IMG/VR virus record: IMGVR_UViG_3300021408_000005
Span: 1 to 56,688 of that record
Strand: one strand, 5' to 3'
From: a virus
Lineage: Duplodnaviria > Caudoviricetes
Length of the DNA: 56,688 nucleotides
Part shown: in pieces, positions 1 to 7,176 of the stretch
Layout: each line of letters opens with the position of its first letter
How positions within the stretch are numbered: the stretch's first letter is position 1
Notes under the pieces: generated by a model
Told to the model about the DNA's origin: nothing
The model's database searches: none
Seen by the model: the letters and a program-made list of their open reading frames with translations, nothing else
Position numbers and translations under genes: made by a program

Positions 1-9
1 GGGCAAGAC

Positions 10-135
10 GGCTCAGTCTCGGGCCGTGCATGGGCGCTGGGGCTACGTAGGGAGAAGGGGTGATGGGTAGGCGCAAGACAGGAGACCCATGGCCCTGTAC
101 AGCTGAGGCCATTATCAAAGAGCGTGACGAACGGC
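10..135. repeat. 126-bp direct terminal repeat, left copy (circular assembly overlap)
   Basis: 10-135 is identical to 56563-56688, implying a ~56,553-bp circle. Confidence 0.95.
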
Positions 136-593
136 GGCTGTCCTGGAAGCAGGTGGCCGTCAACGTGGGGCTCGATAACCCAGGGCAGGCTCGAGCAGCG
201 TACGCCGAGCTCACCGGCCGCAACCATGCGACCAGCGCACCAATCGTGCAGCGTGCCCCTAAGGGCTTGGGTGGTCGCAGGACTGAGACGCCCGTATGGG
301 ACGACGACACAGACCAGGGCGTCATCGAGGCCAGGCTGAACGGACCGTGGGTCGAGGCAGCTGGCGAAGGCAAGAACTACAGGCCGGCGCACTGGGCGGG
401 CTCCGCCATCAAGGTGCAGCGCAGCGTCAAGGGCCGGGAATGGTTCGAGGAGTTCATCGTGTCTAGGGCCGAGTCCTTCACGTACGGACCGGAGGGCGAC
501 CAGCCGCTACAGGTCACGGTTCTCGCTGACAACAGCGACCGAGCTCGGGGGTTCTACACCTTCCGGGTGAAGGACATCCTTGCGGTGGGCTGA
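63..593 (+). CDS. Hypothetical early protein with N-terminal HTH-like motif
   Basis: ORF; 'LSWKQVAVNVGL' HTH-like; ATG overlaps the TGA of the upstream Myb-like ORF in the circular map. Confidence 0.7.
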   Translation: MGRRKTGDPWPCTAEAIIKERDERRLSWKQVAVNVGLDNPGQARAAYAELTGRNHATSAPIVQRAPKGLGGRRTETPVWDDDTDQGVIEARLNGPWVEAAGEGKNYRPAHWAGSAIKVQRSVKGREWFEEFIVSRAESFTYGPEGDQPLQVTVLADNSDRARGFYTFRVKDILAVG

Positions 594-608
594 TCTCTCG
601 AGTATAGT
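580..608 (+). promoter_or_regulatory. Sigma-70/HrdB-type promoter, leaderless
   Basis: TTGCGG-N17-TATAGT, then 6 nt, then ATG at 615. Confidence 0.75.
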
Positions 609-633
609 GAAGTCATGATCCACAGCATCAAGC

Positions 634-676
634 GGGCCGGCTAGCCGCAGGAGGGGTGCGACTCCCCTCCGGCCCA
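634..676 (+). ncRNA. tRNA minihelix-like element (acceptor stem + T arm only)
   Basis: GGGCCGG(634-640)/CCGGCCC(669-675) stem, AGGGG-TGCGACT-CCCCT T-arm, discriminator-like A676, only an 11-nt connector. Confidence 0.55.
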
Positions 677-678
677 CG

Positions 679-748
679 GCCAGGGATGCGGGTTCGAATC
701 CCGTCCAGTCCACTACGAGGGCTGGTAGCTCAACTGGTAGAGTCTGGC
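679..748 (+). ncRNA. Circularly permuted tRNA-like RNA (YrlA/Y-RNA-like topology)
   Basis: T arm GCGGG-TTCGAAT-CCCGT (688-704) precedes acceptor hairpin CCAGTCC-actacga-GGGCTGG (705-725), then TA and D arm GCTC-AACTGGTA-GAGT (728-743); closed by GCCAG/CTGGC. Confidence 0.8.
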
Positions 749-783
749 GCACTTCTTAGACACAAGTAGAAAGCGCAACGAAG

Positions 784-1791
784 ATGGACGATCCCAACGC
801 AACAGAATTGGACAAGATGCTCCGCAAGGTTCAGGCCTTGCTGGCGAAGGCGGACGATCCCGCCGTGACCCCCGAGGAGTCGCAGTCGTTCCGGGCCGGC
901 GCCGAGGCGCTGATGGTCAAGTACCGTATCGAAGAGTCGATGCTGGCAGCGGCCGCTCCGGTCGGCACGGGCCTTGCGCCTGTGTGGAAGACCTGGCATA
1001 TCTGCTACTTCGACAACGAGTTCTCGCAGCAGTACCGCACGATCGCAAGTGCCGTCATCAACCACATCGGCGCACGTGCTGTCTTCACAACCGCCTACGT
1101 CCGCAACGAAGAGGGCACTGCCTCGACTATGTGGTGGGCTGCCGAAGTGGTCGGCTACGAGTCGGATCTGCTTTACGGCGAGATGCTGCTGACGTCAGCC
1201 ATCATGGCCTTCGGCCATCTGCTTGAGCCCAAGTACACGGGCGAGGAGTCTGATCAGGTCAACGCCTACCGCATGCGCAAGGCCGGCATGGAAGGACGAC
1301 GTATCGCCATGGCCCTGTGGGGTCGTGACGACAAGCACCTTCGCCCGAAGGCCCGCAAGCTGTACGAGACCGAGGCCATCGCTAGGGGCGAGAGCCCCAG
1401 GCATCTCATGGGCCAGGACGTCAGCGTGAAGACCTGGCGCAAGTCCTACGCAGACGGCTTCGCAGACGAGCTGTACTGGCGGCTCATGCGCAGCAAGATC
1501 GAGGCCCCGAAGGGCACTGAGCTCGTACTGTCGGGTCGTGTAGAAGCTGTCAGCGAGGCCTTCTACGAGAAGTACCCTCGGTACCGCCCAGCCCCTGACC
1601 CTGCCGGCACCATCGGTACTGGTCACGACACGTGCAAGAAGTGCGCCAAGGCCAAGTCCGGCTACTGCCGTGAGCACGCCTGGATGAAGCCCAGCTACAG
1701 CCAAGGTCCCAAGGTCAACCTCACAGCCCGAGCTCGTGGCGCCGAAGCTGCCAGCACGGTCGACCTGGGTACGCAGGAGCGACTCTCGTGA
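784..1791 (+). CDS. DUF2786-family protein
   Basis: N-terminal 'KMLRKVQALLAKAD...EESQSFRAGAEALMVKY' motif. Confidence 0.75.
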   Translation: MDDPNATELDKMLRKVQALLAKADDPAVTPEESQSFRAGAEALMVKYRIEESMLAAAAPVGTGLAPVWKTWHICYFDNEFSQQYRTIASAVINHIGARAVFTTAYVRNEEGTASTMWWAAEVVGYESDLLYGEMLLTSAIMAFGHLLEPKYTGEESDQVNAYRMRKAGMEGRRIAMALWGRDDKHLRPKARKLYETEAIARGESPRHLMGQDVSVKTWRKSYADGFADELYWRLMRSKIEAPKGTELVLSGRVEAVSEAFYEKYPRYRPAPDPAGTIGTGHDTCKKCAKAKSGYCREHAWMKPSYSQGPKVNLTARARGAEAASTVDLGTQERLS

Positions 1792-1932
1792 ACAGGTCGC
1801 TACGTCGGGGTCAGGTCCGCATCGTTGCTGGCCTGGCCCTGCTGGCGCTTGGCGCCATCCATGTCGGTACGTGGTGGGTCTGCGACAACACTCCTGTAGG
1901 GGATGTGATGATGACTACGGTCTCAAACCATC

Positions 1933-1962
1933 TTGCCGATCAGCCTTCGCATGAGCTAGGGT
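1933..1962 (+). promoter_or_regulatory. Leaderless promoter
   Basis: TTGCCG-N18-TAGGGT-N6-ATG(1969). Confidence 0.55.
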
Positions 1963-1968
1963 GAGGAC

Positions 1969-2316
1969 ATGAGCGCAGCACCCACCACCAAGTTCATGCC
2001 ACGCAAGCCTGACGACCTGCCCAAGATCGCAGAGGAGAGAGAGCACTTGGCCAGAGCCGACAAGTCCATCGCACTGGCGGACATGCTTCAGGGCAAGGGC
2101 ATGACGTCCATAATGGCAGCAGTCCTGAACGACCAGGGATGGCGGGCAGCTGCGATGCTGGCTGGCGTGCGGCTTACCACCACTCGCACCAGGAAGCTGC
2201 CTCATGTCTCCCGCCCCACTCGCTCCGCAGTGGTGGCCATCCTGGCGGACCGTGAGCGTCGTGCTGACCGTCTGGCCGAGCTCCGGACCGTGCCCATGCC
2301 GAAGCGGCCGTTCTGA
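1969..2316 (+). CDS. Hypothetical protein
   Basis: ORF behind a promoter-like motif; phage codon usage. Confidence 0.7.
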   Translation: MSAAPTTKFMPRKPDDLPKIAEEREHLARADKSIALADMLQGKGMTSIMAAVLNDQGWRAAAMLAGVRLTTTRTRKLPHVSRPTRSAVVAILADRERRADRLAELRTVPMPKRPF

Positions 2317-2480
2317 TGGACCACTACCGTAGGCCACTTCTTCTTGAAGTTCTCATCTACCACCAGCCGATGAAAGACAACTCGTGCCTCTGCGGTTGGG
2401 CTGTGTTGGGGGCGTCGCACCCCGAACACGTGCTAGACGTCTACGAGATCGCAATCGGGATGAGGCAGTCCGATGGATAA
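2316..2480 (+). CDS. Small hypothetical protein (H..CxC..H motif)
   Basis: TGATG-coupled ORF translated by hand: MDHYRRPLLLEVLIYHQ..CLCGW..HPEHVLDVYE. Confidence 0.5.
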   Translation: MDHYRRPLLLEVLIYHQPMKDNSCLCGWAVLGASHPEHVLDVYEIAIGMRQSDG

Positions 2481-2608
2481 GTGCAAGTGGTGCGGTTGGG
2501 TAGTCAAGCGACATGCTGTCTTCGGATGGGTGCATGAGGCCACAGCCAACACGAACGGTCGGACCACTTGCTGTGGCGGCAAGCACGTAGCTACTCCGGA
2601 GGTGGCTC

Positions 2609-2800
2609 ATGGATGAACGCAAGGTCCACGACATGCCTGAGGGGCCTGGCTACAAGCTGCGTGCGGTCTGCACGGAGCTCGCCCTGCTGACTGGCTGGAA
2701 CATGACCTTCTGTAGGATGAAGCCCGAGCACGGTGGCAAGTGGTGCCTAGTCCTGAACTGCGAACGTGACGGTAGAGAGTCCATCATCAAGGTGCTGTGA
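2609..2800 (+). CDS. Hypothetical protein
   Basis: ORF with GGAGG SD. Confidence 0.6.
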   Translation: MDERKVHDMPEGPGYKLRAVCTELALLTGWNMTFCRMKPEHGGKWCLVLNCERDGRESIIKVL

Positions 2801-2809
2801 AGGTCATCC

Positions 2810-2838
2810 TTGTGGGATATCCATCGTGGGTGTATGGT
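2810..2838 (+). promoter_or_regulatory. Leaderless promoter
   Basis: TTGTGG-N17-TATGGT-N6-ATG(2845); upstream GTGAAGGWCATCCTTG shared with the 580 promoter. Confidence 0.7.
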
Positions 2839-2844
2839 GGAGTC

Positions 2845-3327
2845 ATGAGCGCAACCACCACCCGAGGCACCCAGTGCGGGAACTGCAAGCAGTACCACTC
2901 CGGTGCCGCAGAAGTGAAGGCCTGCTACATGGGCCAGACTGAGACTGACCAGGTGTTCGACAGCATCGCCGCCACCCTCCCGGCTGCCATGCGCACCCCT
3001 GCCAGCTACCCGCTCCACAAGGAGGCCTACGACCCGGTCAAGGGGGACGTTCACTTCCTGGACGGTCTGTACTACCGGGTTCACTCGGCGCAGGGGACCG
3101 GCAACAAGTACGCCTGTGTGTGGGACGCCACCGAGAAGTTCGTGTACGCCCGAGGTATGATCCGTCGGCTGTCCAAGCGCACCATCGTGACGGCGGAGCA
3201 GGCCAAGGCCTTCGGCGACATGACCGAGCGGTGCTGCTTCTGCTCCACGAAGATCGACACCCCGGAGTCCACAGCAGTCGGCTACGGCCCGATCTGCGCC
3301 GGCAAGCACGGGCTCCCCTGGGGCTGA
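2845..3327 (+). CDS. DUF6011-domain zinc-binding protein
   Basis: C-terminal 'CCFCSTKIDTPESTAVGYGPICA'; N-terminal CxxC..H..C. Confidence 0.7.
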   Translation: MSATTTRGTQCGNCKQYHSGAAEVKACYMGQTETDQVFDSIAATLPAAMRTPASYPLHKEAYDPVKGDVHFLDGLYYRVHSAQGTGNKYACVWDATEKFVYARGMIRRLSKRTIVTAEQAKAFGDMTERCCFCSTKIDTPESTAVGYGPICAGKHGLPWG

Positions 3328-3338
3328 CCCACAACAAG

Positions 3339-3380
3339 CAGAGCAAGGCCCCGGGTACCAAGTGACCCGGGGTCGCTCTG
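3339..3380 (+). terminator. GC-rich hairpin, putative terminator
   Basis: cagagc-ggccccgggt / acccggggtc-gctctg directly after the stop; no U tract. Confidence 0.5.
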
Positions 3381-3424
3381 TGTACAGCCTGACCAAGCAC
3401 ATCGGTTCTGAGAGGACCTGAGAT

Positions 3425-4087
3425 ATGGCCTTTAACGGCAGCAAACCCCATACCGACCATCTGTATCGGGAGATAAGGAACCAACAGCTCAGCGACCCCC
3501 TGCTCGGAGATGTCTACGAAGCCTTGTACGAAGCCGAGAATCGTCTGCGTGACGGCTTCTACGAGGTAGATGCCATCGACATGCCCTTCCCGATCATTCG
3601 CTTCGGAGCTCTGCCACGCAACCGGCTGGCTGAGTACATCATGTTCGATGGCATCTTCTGGACGGTCATCACGATCGACCCAGCCAAGCACCGCACGGCT
3701 GCCGGAGCTGTGGAGTACCTGGCTCACGAGATGACGCACATGTGGATGGACTGGCTGGGCTATCCGATGGCGAACAACTATCACGACAAGACCTTCCACG
3801 AGACCATGGCGAGCTATGGGATCTCCACGTCTGGCCGGTTCGGAGATCACCGGGGCTACATAGGCGACGTTTGGGAGAACTGGCTGAAGAACAACGACGA
3901 CTTGAAGCTCGACCAGTTCCTGCTGTCAGACGAACCCCAGCTCAAGCGCAGACTGAACAAGTGGGCGTGCCCGGTCTGCGGCTTCAGCTTCCAGTCACGT
4001 CGGACCGACGTCATCGTCAGGTGCCAGCACTGCCTAGAAGATGACGAACTTCTAGGTAAGGATGGCGCTCGGATGGAAATGGTGTAG
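3425..4087 (+). CDS. SprT-like zinc metalloprotease
   Basis: HEMTH (HExxH), downstream H-x3-F, C-terminal CxxC..CxxC ribbon. Confidence 0.8.
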   Translation: MAFNGSKPHTDHLYREIRNQQLSDPLLGDVYEALYEAENRLRDGFYEVDAIDMPFPIIRFGALPRNRLAEYIMFDGIFWTVITIDPAKHRTAAGAVEYLAHEMTHMWMDWLGYPMANNYHDKTFHETMASYGISTSGRFGDHRGYIGDVWENWLKNNDDLKLDQFLLSDEPQLKRRLNKWACPVCGFSFQSRRTDVIVRCQHCLEDDELLGKDGARMEMV

Positions 4088-4096
4088 GGTAGAGGC

Positions 4097-6085
4097 ATGG
4101 CAGTTCAAGTTGAGGTGCAGGGCAAGCGCATCCGGGTCGACTGGTCGGCCCCGACAAGTGCGCAGTGGAAGACCATCCTGACGGTCATGAAGACCGTGCC
4201 GGCACGACGCTTCCACCAGGACGAGAAGTACTGGACGGTCCCCCTGGACATGCAGTCGTGCCGTGACCTTCGAACAGCCTTCGACGCATTCGACCTTCAG
4301 ATCGGCCCTGCGCTACGCAGCTGGGCAACCGAGGCCAAGCGGGCGGAACAGCGGCTAGGGAGCCTCAGCGCCAACACAGCGGGGCGTCTGGCCAACCTGC
4401 CGACCGAGCTGCCGTTCCTGTATCGGGCGCTGTACCTGGGTCCTCTCTACAAGAACGCAACGAAGGAGCTGGGCTACTCTGATGGCCAGCTGAACTACGC
4501 CGCCTCCCTCTTCTCCGCAGTGACAGGGGTTGACTTCTGGGATGGCGACCACGGCAGCTACCAGACCGCAGACGTTCGGTTCATGTCTGACAGTCCGGCG
4601 CCCGGCAACTTCAACCATCAGGGGCTAGGCAAGACGCCCGAGACCATCGGGGCTGTCTGGGAGGCCGGGCTTCAGGTTGGGTCGCATCTTGTCTTGACCC
4701 CCAGTGCTGCGGTGGAGAGCGTGTGGGGCGAGGAGCTCCGGTACTGGCAGCTGGACAGCTTCAAGTACAACGTGGATGTGTTCACGTGTACCGGCAACCG
4801 GGCCAAGCGTGAAGAGACCCTGCGGCTGTTCGCTGCCAGCAAGGCTGACGTGAAGTGGTTGGTGGTCAACCCTGCCATGGTCATGTGGAGGAAGGACCCC
4901 ACGCACAAGGCCAAGCACATCGTGCAGGCCACCCCCAAGAACAAGCCGCCGAAGAGTGCCTGCCGTTGTGGGAAATCCAAGTCGGCGCACTGGCACTACG
5001 AGACGTCGTATCCCATCATCGACAAGACGCCTTGGACCACGATCACCAACGACGAAGCGCACAAGGGCGGCAACGTTCGGAACCACCGTTCGATCAGTGG
5101 CCGGGCCATAAACGACCTGGTAGGTGGCAAGAAGCAGGTTCTCACAGGGACGCCGATGAAGACCTTCGGCGCCGACATCTGGGGCATCCTGCACTTCCTG
5201 CGACCGGACGTGTTCACGTCGTTCTGGAAGTTCGCAGAGTCGTACTTCACGGTCGATAAGGAAGAGTTCGGATGGACCGTGGGAGGACTGCGTAAGGGAC
5301 GTGAGGGGGACTTCTTCAAGCTGCTCACTCAATACGCCCTGCGCCGGACCAAGAAGGACGTTCTGAAGTGGCTGCCCGACAAGCAGCACGTAGACGTGTG
5401 GGTTGAGCTCGAGGGCAAGCAGGCCAAGCAGTACCGAGACATGGAGGCCAACGGGTTCGTAAGCATCGATGGCGCCAACGTCAGCAGCACCAGCATCCTG
5501 GCCGAGTTCACAAGGCTCACCCAGTTCGCCCGCACGCTGTGCTCGGTCAAAGACGGCCAGGTGATGCCGCTGGTGGAAGGCGCCAAGGTTGACGCCCTGA
5601 TGCAGAAGCTGGACGAGGCTGGCATCCTGTCTGGCACCAGCTCAGATCAGACCGTGATCTTCTCAGAGTCCCGCAAGGTCATAGACGGACTAGCAGACCA
5701 TCTTGAGTCGCTGGGCGTCAGCGTGGGCCGTGTGACGGGTGCTGCTGGCAACGTGAAGGACCGGCCGCAGATGGTGCGTGACTTCCAGGAGGGCAAGGTA
5801 CAGGTCATGTGCATCGTGACCACTGCCGGAGGTGTTGCGCTCACTTTGGACGCCGCAGACACTGCCCACTTCCTTGAAGATCCGTGGGCGCCGGACGAAG
5901 CTGAGCAGGCAGAAGACCGCATCCACCGTGGGTCTCGGATGCACCAGGTCACTATCTATCACTATCGGGCCAAAGACACCATCGATGAGTACCGCCAGGA
6001 AGTCTCTATTGGTAAGGATAACCAGCAGAAGTACATCTTGGATGTCCGTAGAGTGATGCTTGACCGTATCAAAGACTCCAAATAA
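4097..6085 (+). CDS. SNF2-family DNA helicase
   Basis: GLGKT, DEAH, LTGTP, QAEDRIHR motifs; TAGGGT-N6-ATG leaderless start. Confidence 0.9.
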   Translation: MAVQVEVQGKRIRVDWSAPTSAQWKTILTVMKTVPARRFHQDEKYWTVPLDMQSCRDLRTAFDAFDLQIGPALRSWATEAKRAEQRLGSLSANTAGRLANLPTELPFLYRALYLGPLYKNATKELGYSDGQLNYAASLFSAVTGVDFWDGDHGSYQTADVRFMSDSPAPGNFNHQGLGKTPETIGAVWEAGLQVGSHLVLTPSAAVESVWGEELRYWQLDSFKYNVDVFTCTGNRAKREETLRLFAASKADVKWLVVNPAMVMWRKDPTHKAKHIVQATPKNKPPKSACRCGKSKSAHWHYETSYPIIDKTPWTTITNDEAHKGGNVRNHRSISGRAINDLVGGKKQVLTGTPMKTFGADIWGILHFLRPDVFTSFWKFAESYFTVDKEEFGWTVGGLRKGREGDFFKLLTQYALRRTKKDVLKWLPDKQHVDVWVELEGKQAKQYRDMEANGFVSIDGANVSSTSILAEFTRLTQFARTLCSVKDGQVMPLVEGAKVDALMQKLDEAGILSGTSSDQTVIFSESRKVIDGLADHLESLGVSVGRVTGAAGNVKDRPQMVRDFQEGKVQVMCIVTTAGGVALTLDAADTAHFLEDPWAPDEAEQAEDRIHRGSRMHQVTIYHYRAKDTIDEYRQEVSIGKDNQQKYILDVRRVMLDRIKDSK

Positions 6086-6105
6086 AGTCGCCTCCATTAC
6101 GTGTG

Positions 6106-6270
6106 TGCGCTCACGTACGTACAGGGTGACTACTAAACCACTATAAGGCCAGAAATGATATGGTTAGTTAGTTAGTTATATAGTTAGAAGTTAGAGAGAC
6201 TTACCTAACTAACCATATGAATTTCAAGTAGTAGAGTCCGGCTGGTGGCCCTTGTACGTACGTGAGTGCG
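6106..6270. repeat. AT-rich nested inverted repeat with GTTA tandems (origin-like)
   Basis: Perfect 14-bp arms 6110-6123/6253-6266 and 6158-6171/6205-6218. Confidence 0.8.
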
Positions 6271-6325
6271 AAGGGCAGCTCGAAGGTTAGGTAAATAGCT
6301 CTGCTAGAAATACCTGCAATGCGGG

Positions 6326-6354
6326 TTGCTCATGTGGTTGGTCTTCTGTAAGGT
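6326..6354 (+). promoter_or_regulatory. Sigma-70-type promoter
   Basis: TTGCTC-N17-TAAGGT. Confidence 0.55.
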
Positions 6355-6389
6355 TGCCTCCGTCAGGACTACACGGAAGGAATGGAAAG

Positions 6390-6872
6390 TTGGCAGAGGA
6401 AGTCGAAGAGGTCGAGGAGGACGAGGAGGAAGCGCAGCTTCCCGGCGCCCGGTCTCGTACCTGGATCCACGAAGGCCAGGTTGCCTGGATCAACGAGCAG
6501 TACGGCATCGACCTCGACAACGGCTTCACGGCCGCCGAGATCGTCACAGCCGCCTACGCCACCCGAGTGGACTGGCGCAAGTCGGACGAGTACGACGTCC
6601 TCATGTCAGAGCACGCCGAGGAAGCCGCCGAGGCCAAGGAGGCTGCCAAGGCTGCCGCCGAGGAGAAGCGGGTGGCTCGTGAGGCCGAGGCTGCCGAGAA
6701 GGTTGCCAAGAAGGCAGCTGCCGCCGAGAAGGCCGAGAAGGCCGAGAAGCCTGCGGCCAAGAAGGCGTCCGCCCGCAAGGGTGCTGCTGCCAAGAAGGCC
6801 GCTGCTCCCGCCAAGCGAGCGGGCCGTCGTGGTGCCGCCAAGCCTGCTTCGGAGGATGACCCCTTCGAGTAG
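6390..6872 (+). CDS. Protein with acidic N-terminus and Ala/Lys-rich histone-H1-like tail (putative DNA-binding)
   Basis: TTG start after a purine-rich SD-like run; 'KPAAKKASARKGAAAKKAAAP' tail. Confidence 0.75.
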   Translation: MAEEVEEVEEDEEEAQLPGARSRTWIHEGQVAWINEQYGIDLDNGFTAAEIVTAAYATRVDWRKSDEYDVLMSEHAEEAAEAKEAAKAAAEEKRVAREAEAAEKVAKKAAAAEKAEKAEKPAAKKASARKGAAAKKAAAPAKRAGRRGAAKPASEDDPFE

Positions 6873-6881
6873 GACACAGTT

Positions 6882-7148
6882 TGCGTCAGGTCGGGGCGGT
6901 CCGCCTCCCGTGCCGGCTTGACGCATGTTGCAGCTCAGCTGGTCCCAGTAGCTTGAGCGCAGAGAAGGCCCCGGTTCATGTTGGTGTAGTTGCGCTCGCC
7001 AACGTGGCCCGGGGCCTTCGCAACTCACCATGGTTGCGGGGTCGGTGGGCCGGTGGTACGTTGCCGGCAAGCCCCAGGGCCGGACAGTTGAGCTCCGGGA
7101 ATCGACCGCCCTGGACGCAGCGGTGCGATTGCTCAACTGCCGGCCCTG
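6882..7148 (+). ncRNA. Candidate structured RNA / long leader
   Basis: Three long G-U-containing helices in a ~300-nt gene gap. Confidence 0.45.
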
Positions 7149-7176
7149 CCCCCTTAGGAACCTTAGGAGACATAGC

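Noticed and set aside
679-760. A standard decoding tRNA gene
   Set aside because: The halves are in reverse order, and no anticodon loop with U33 can be built from the ends.
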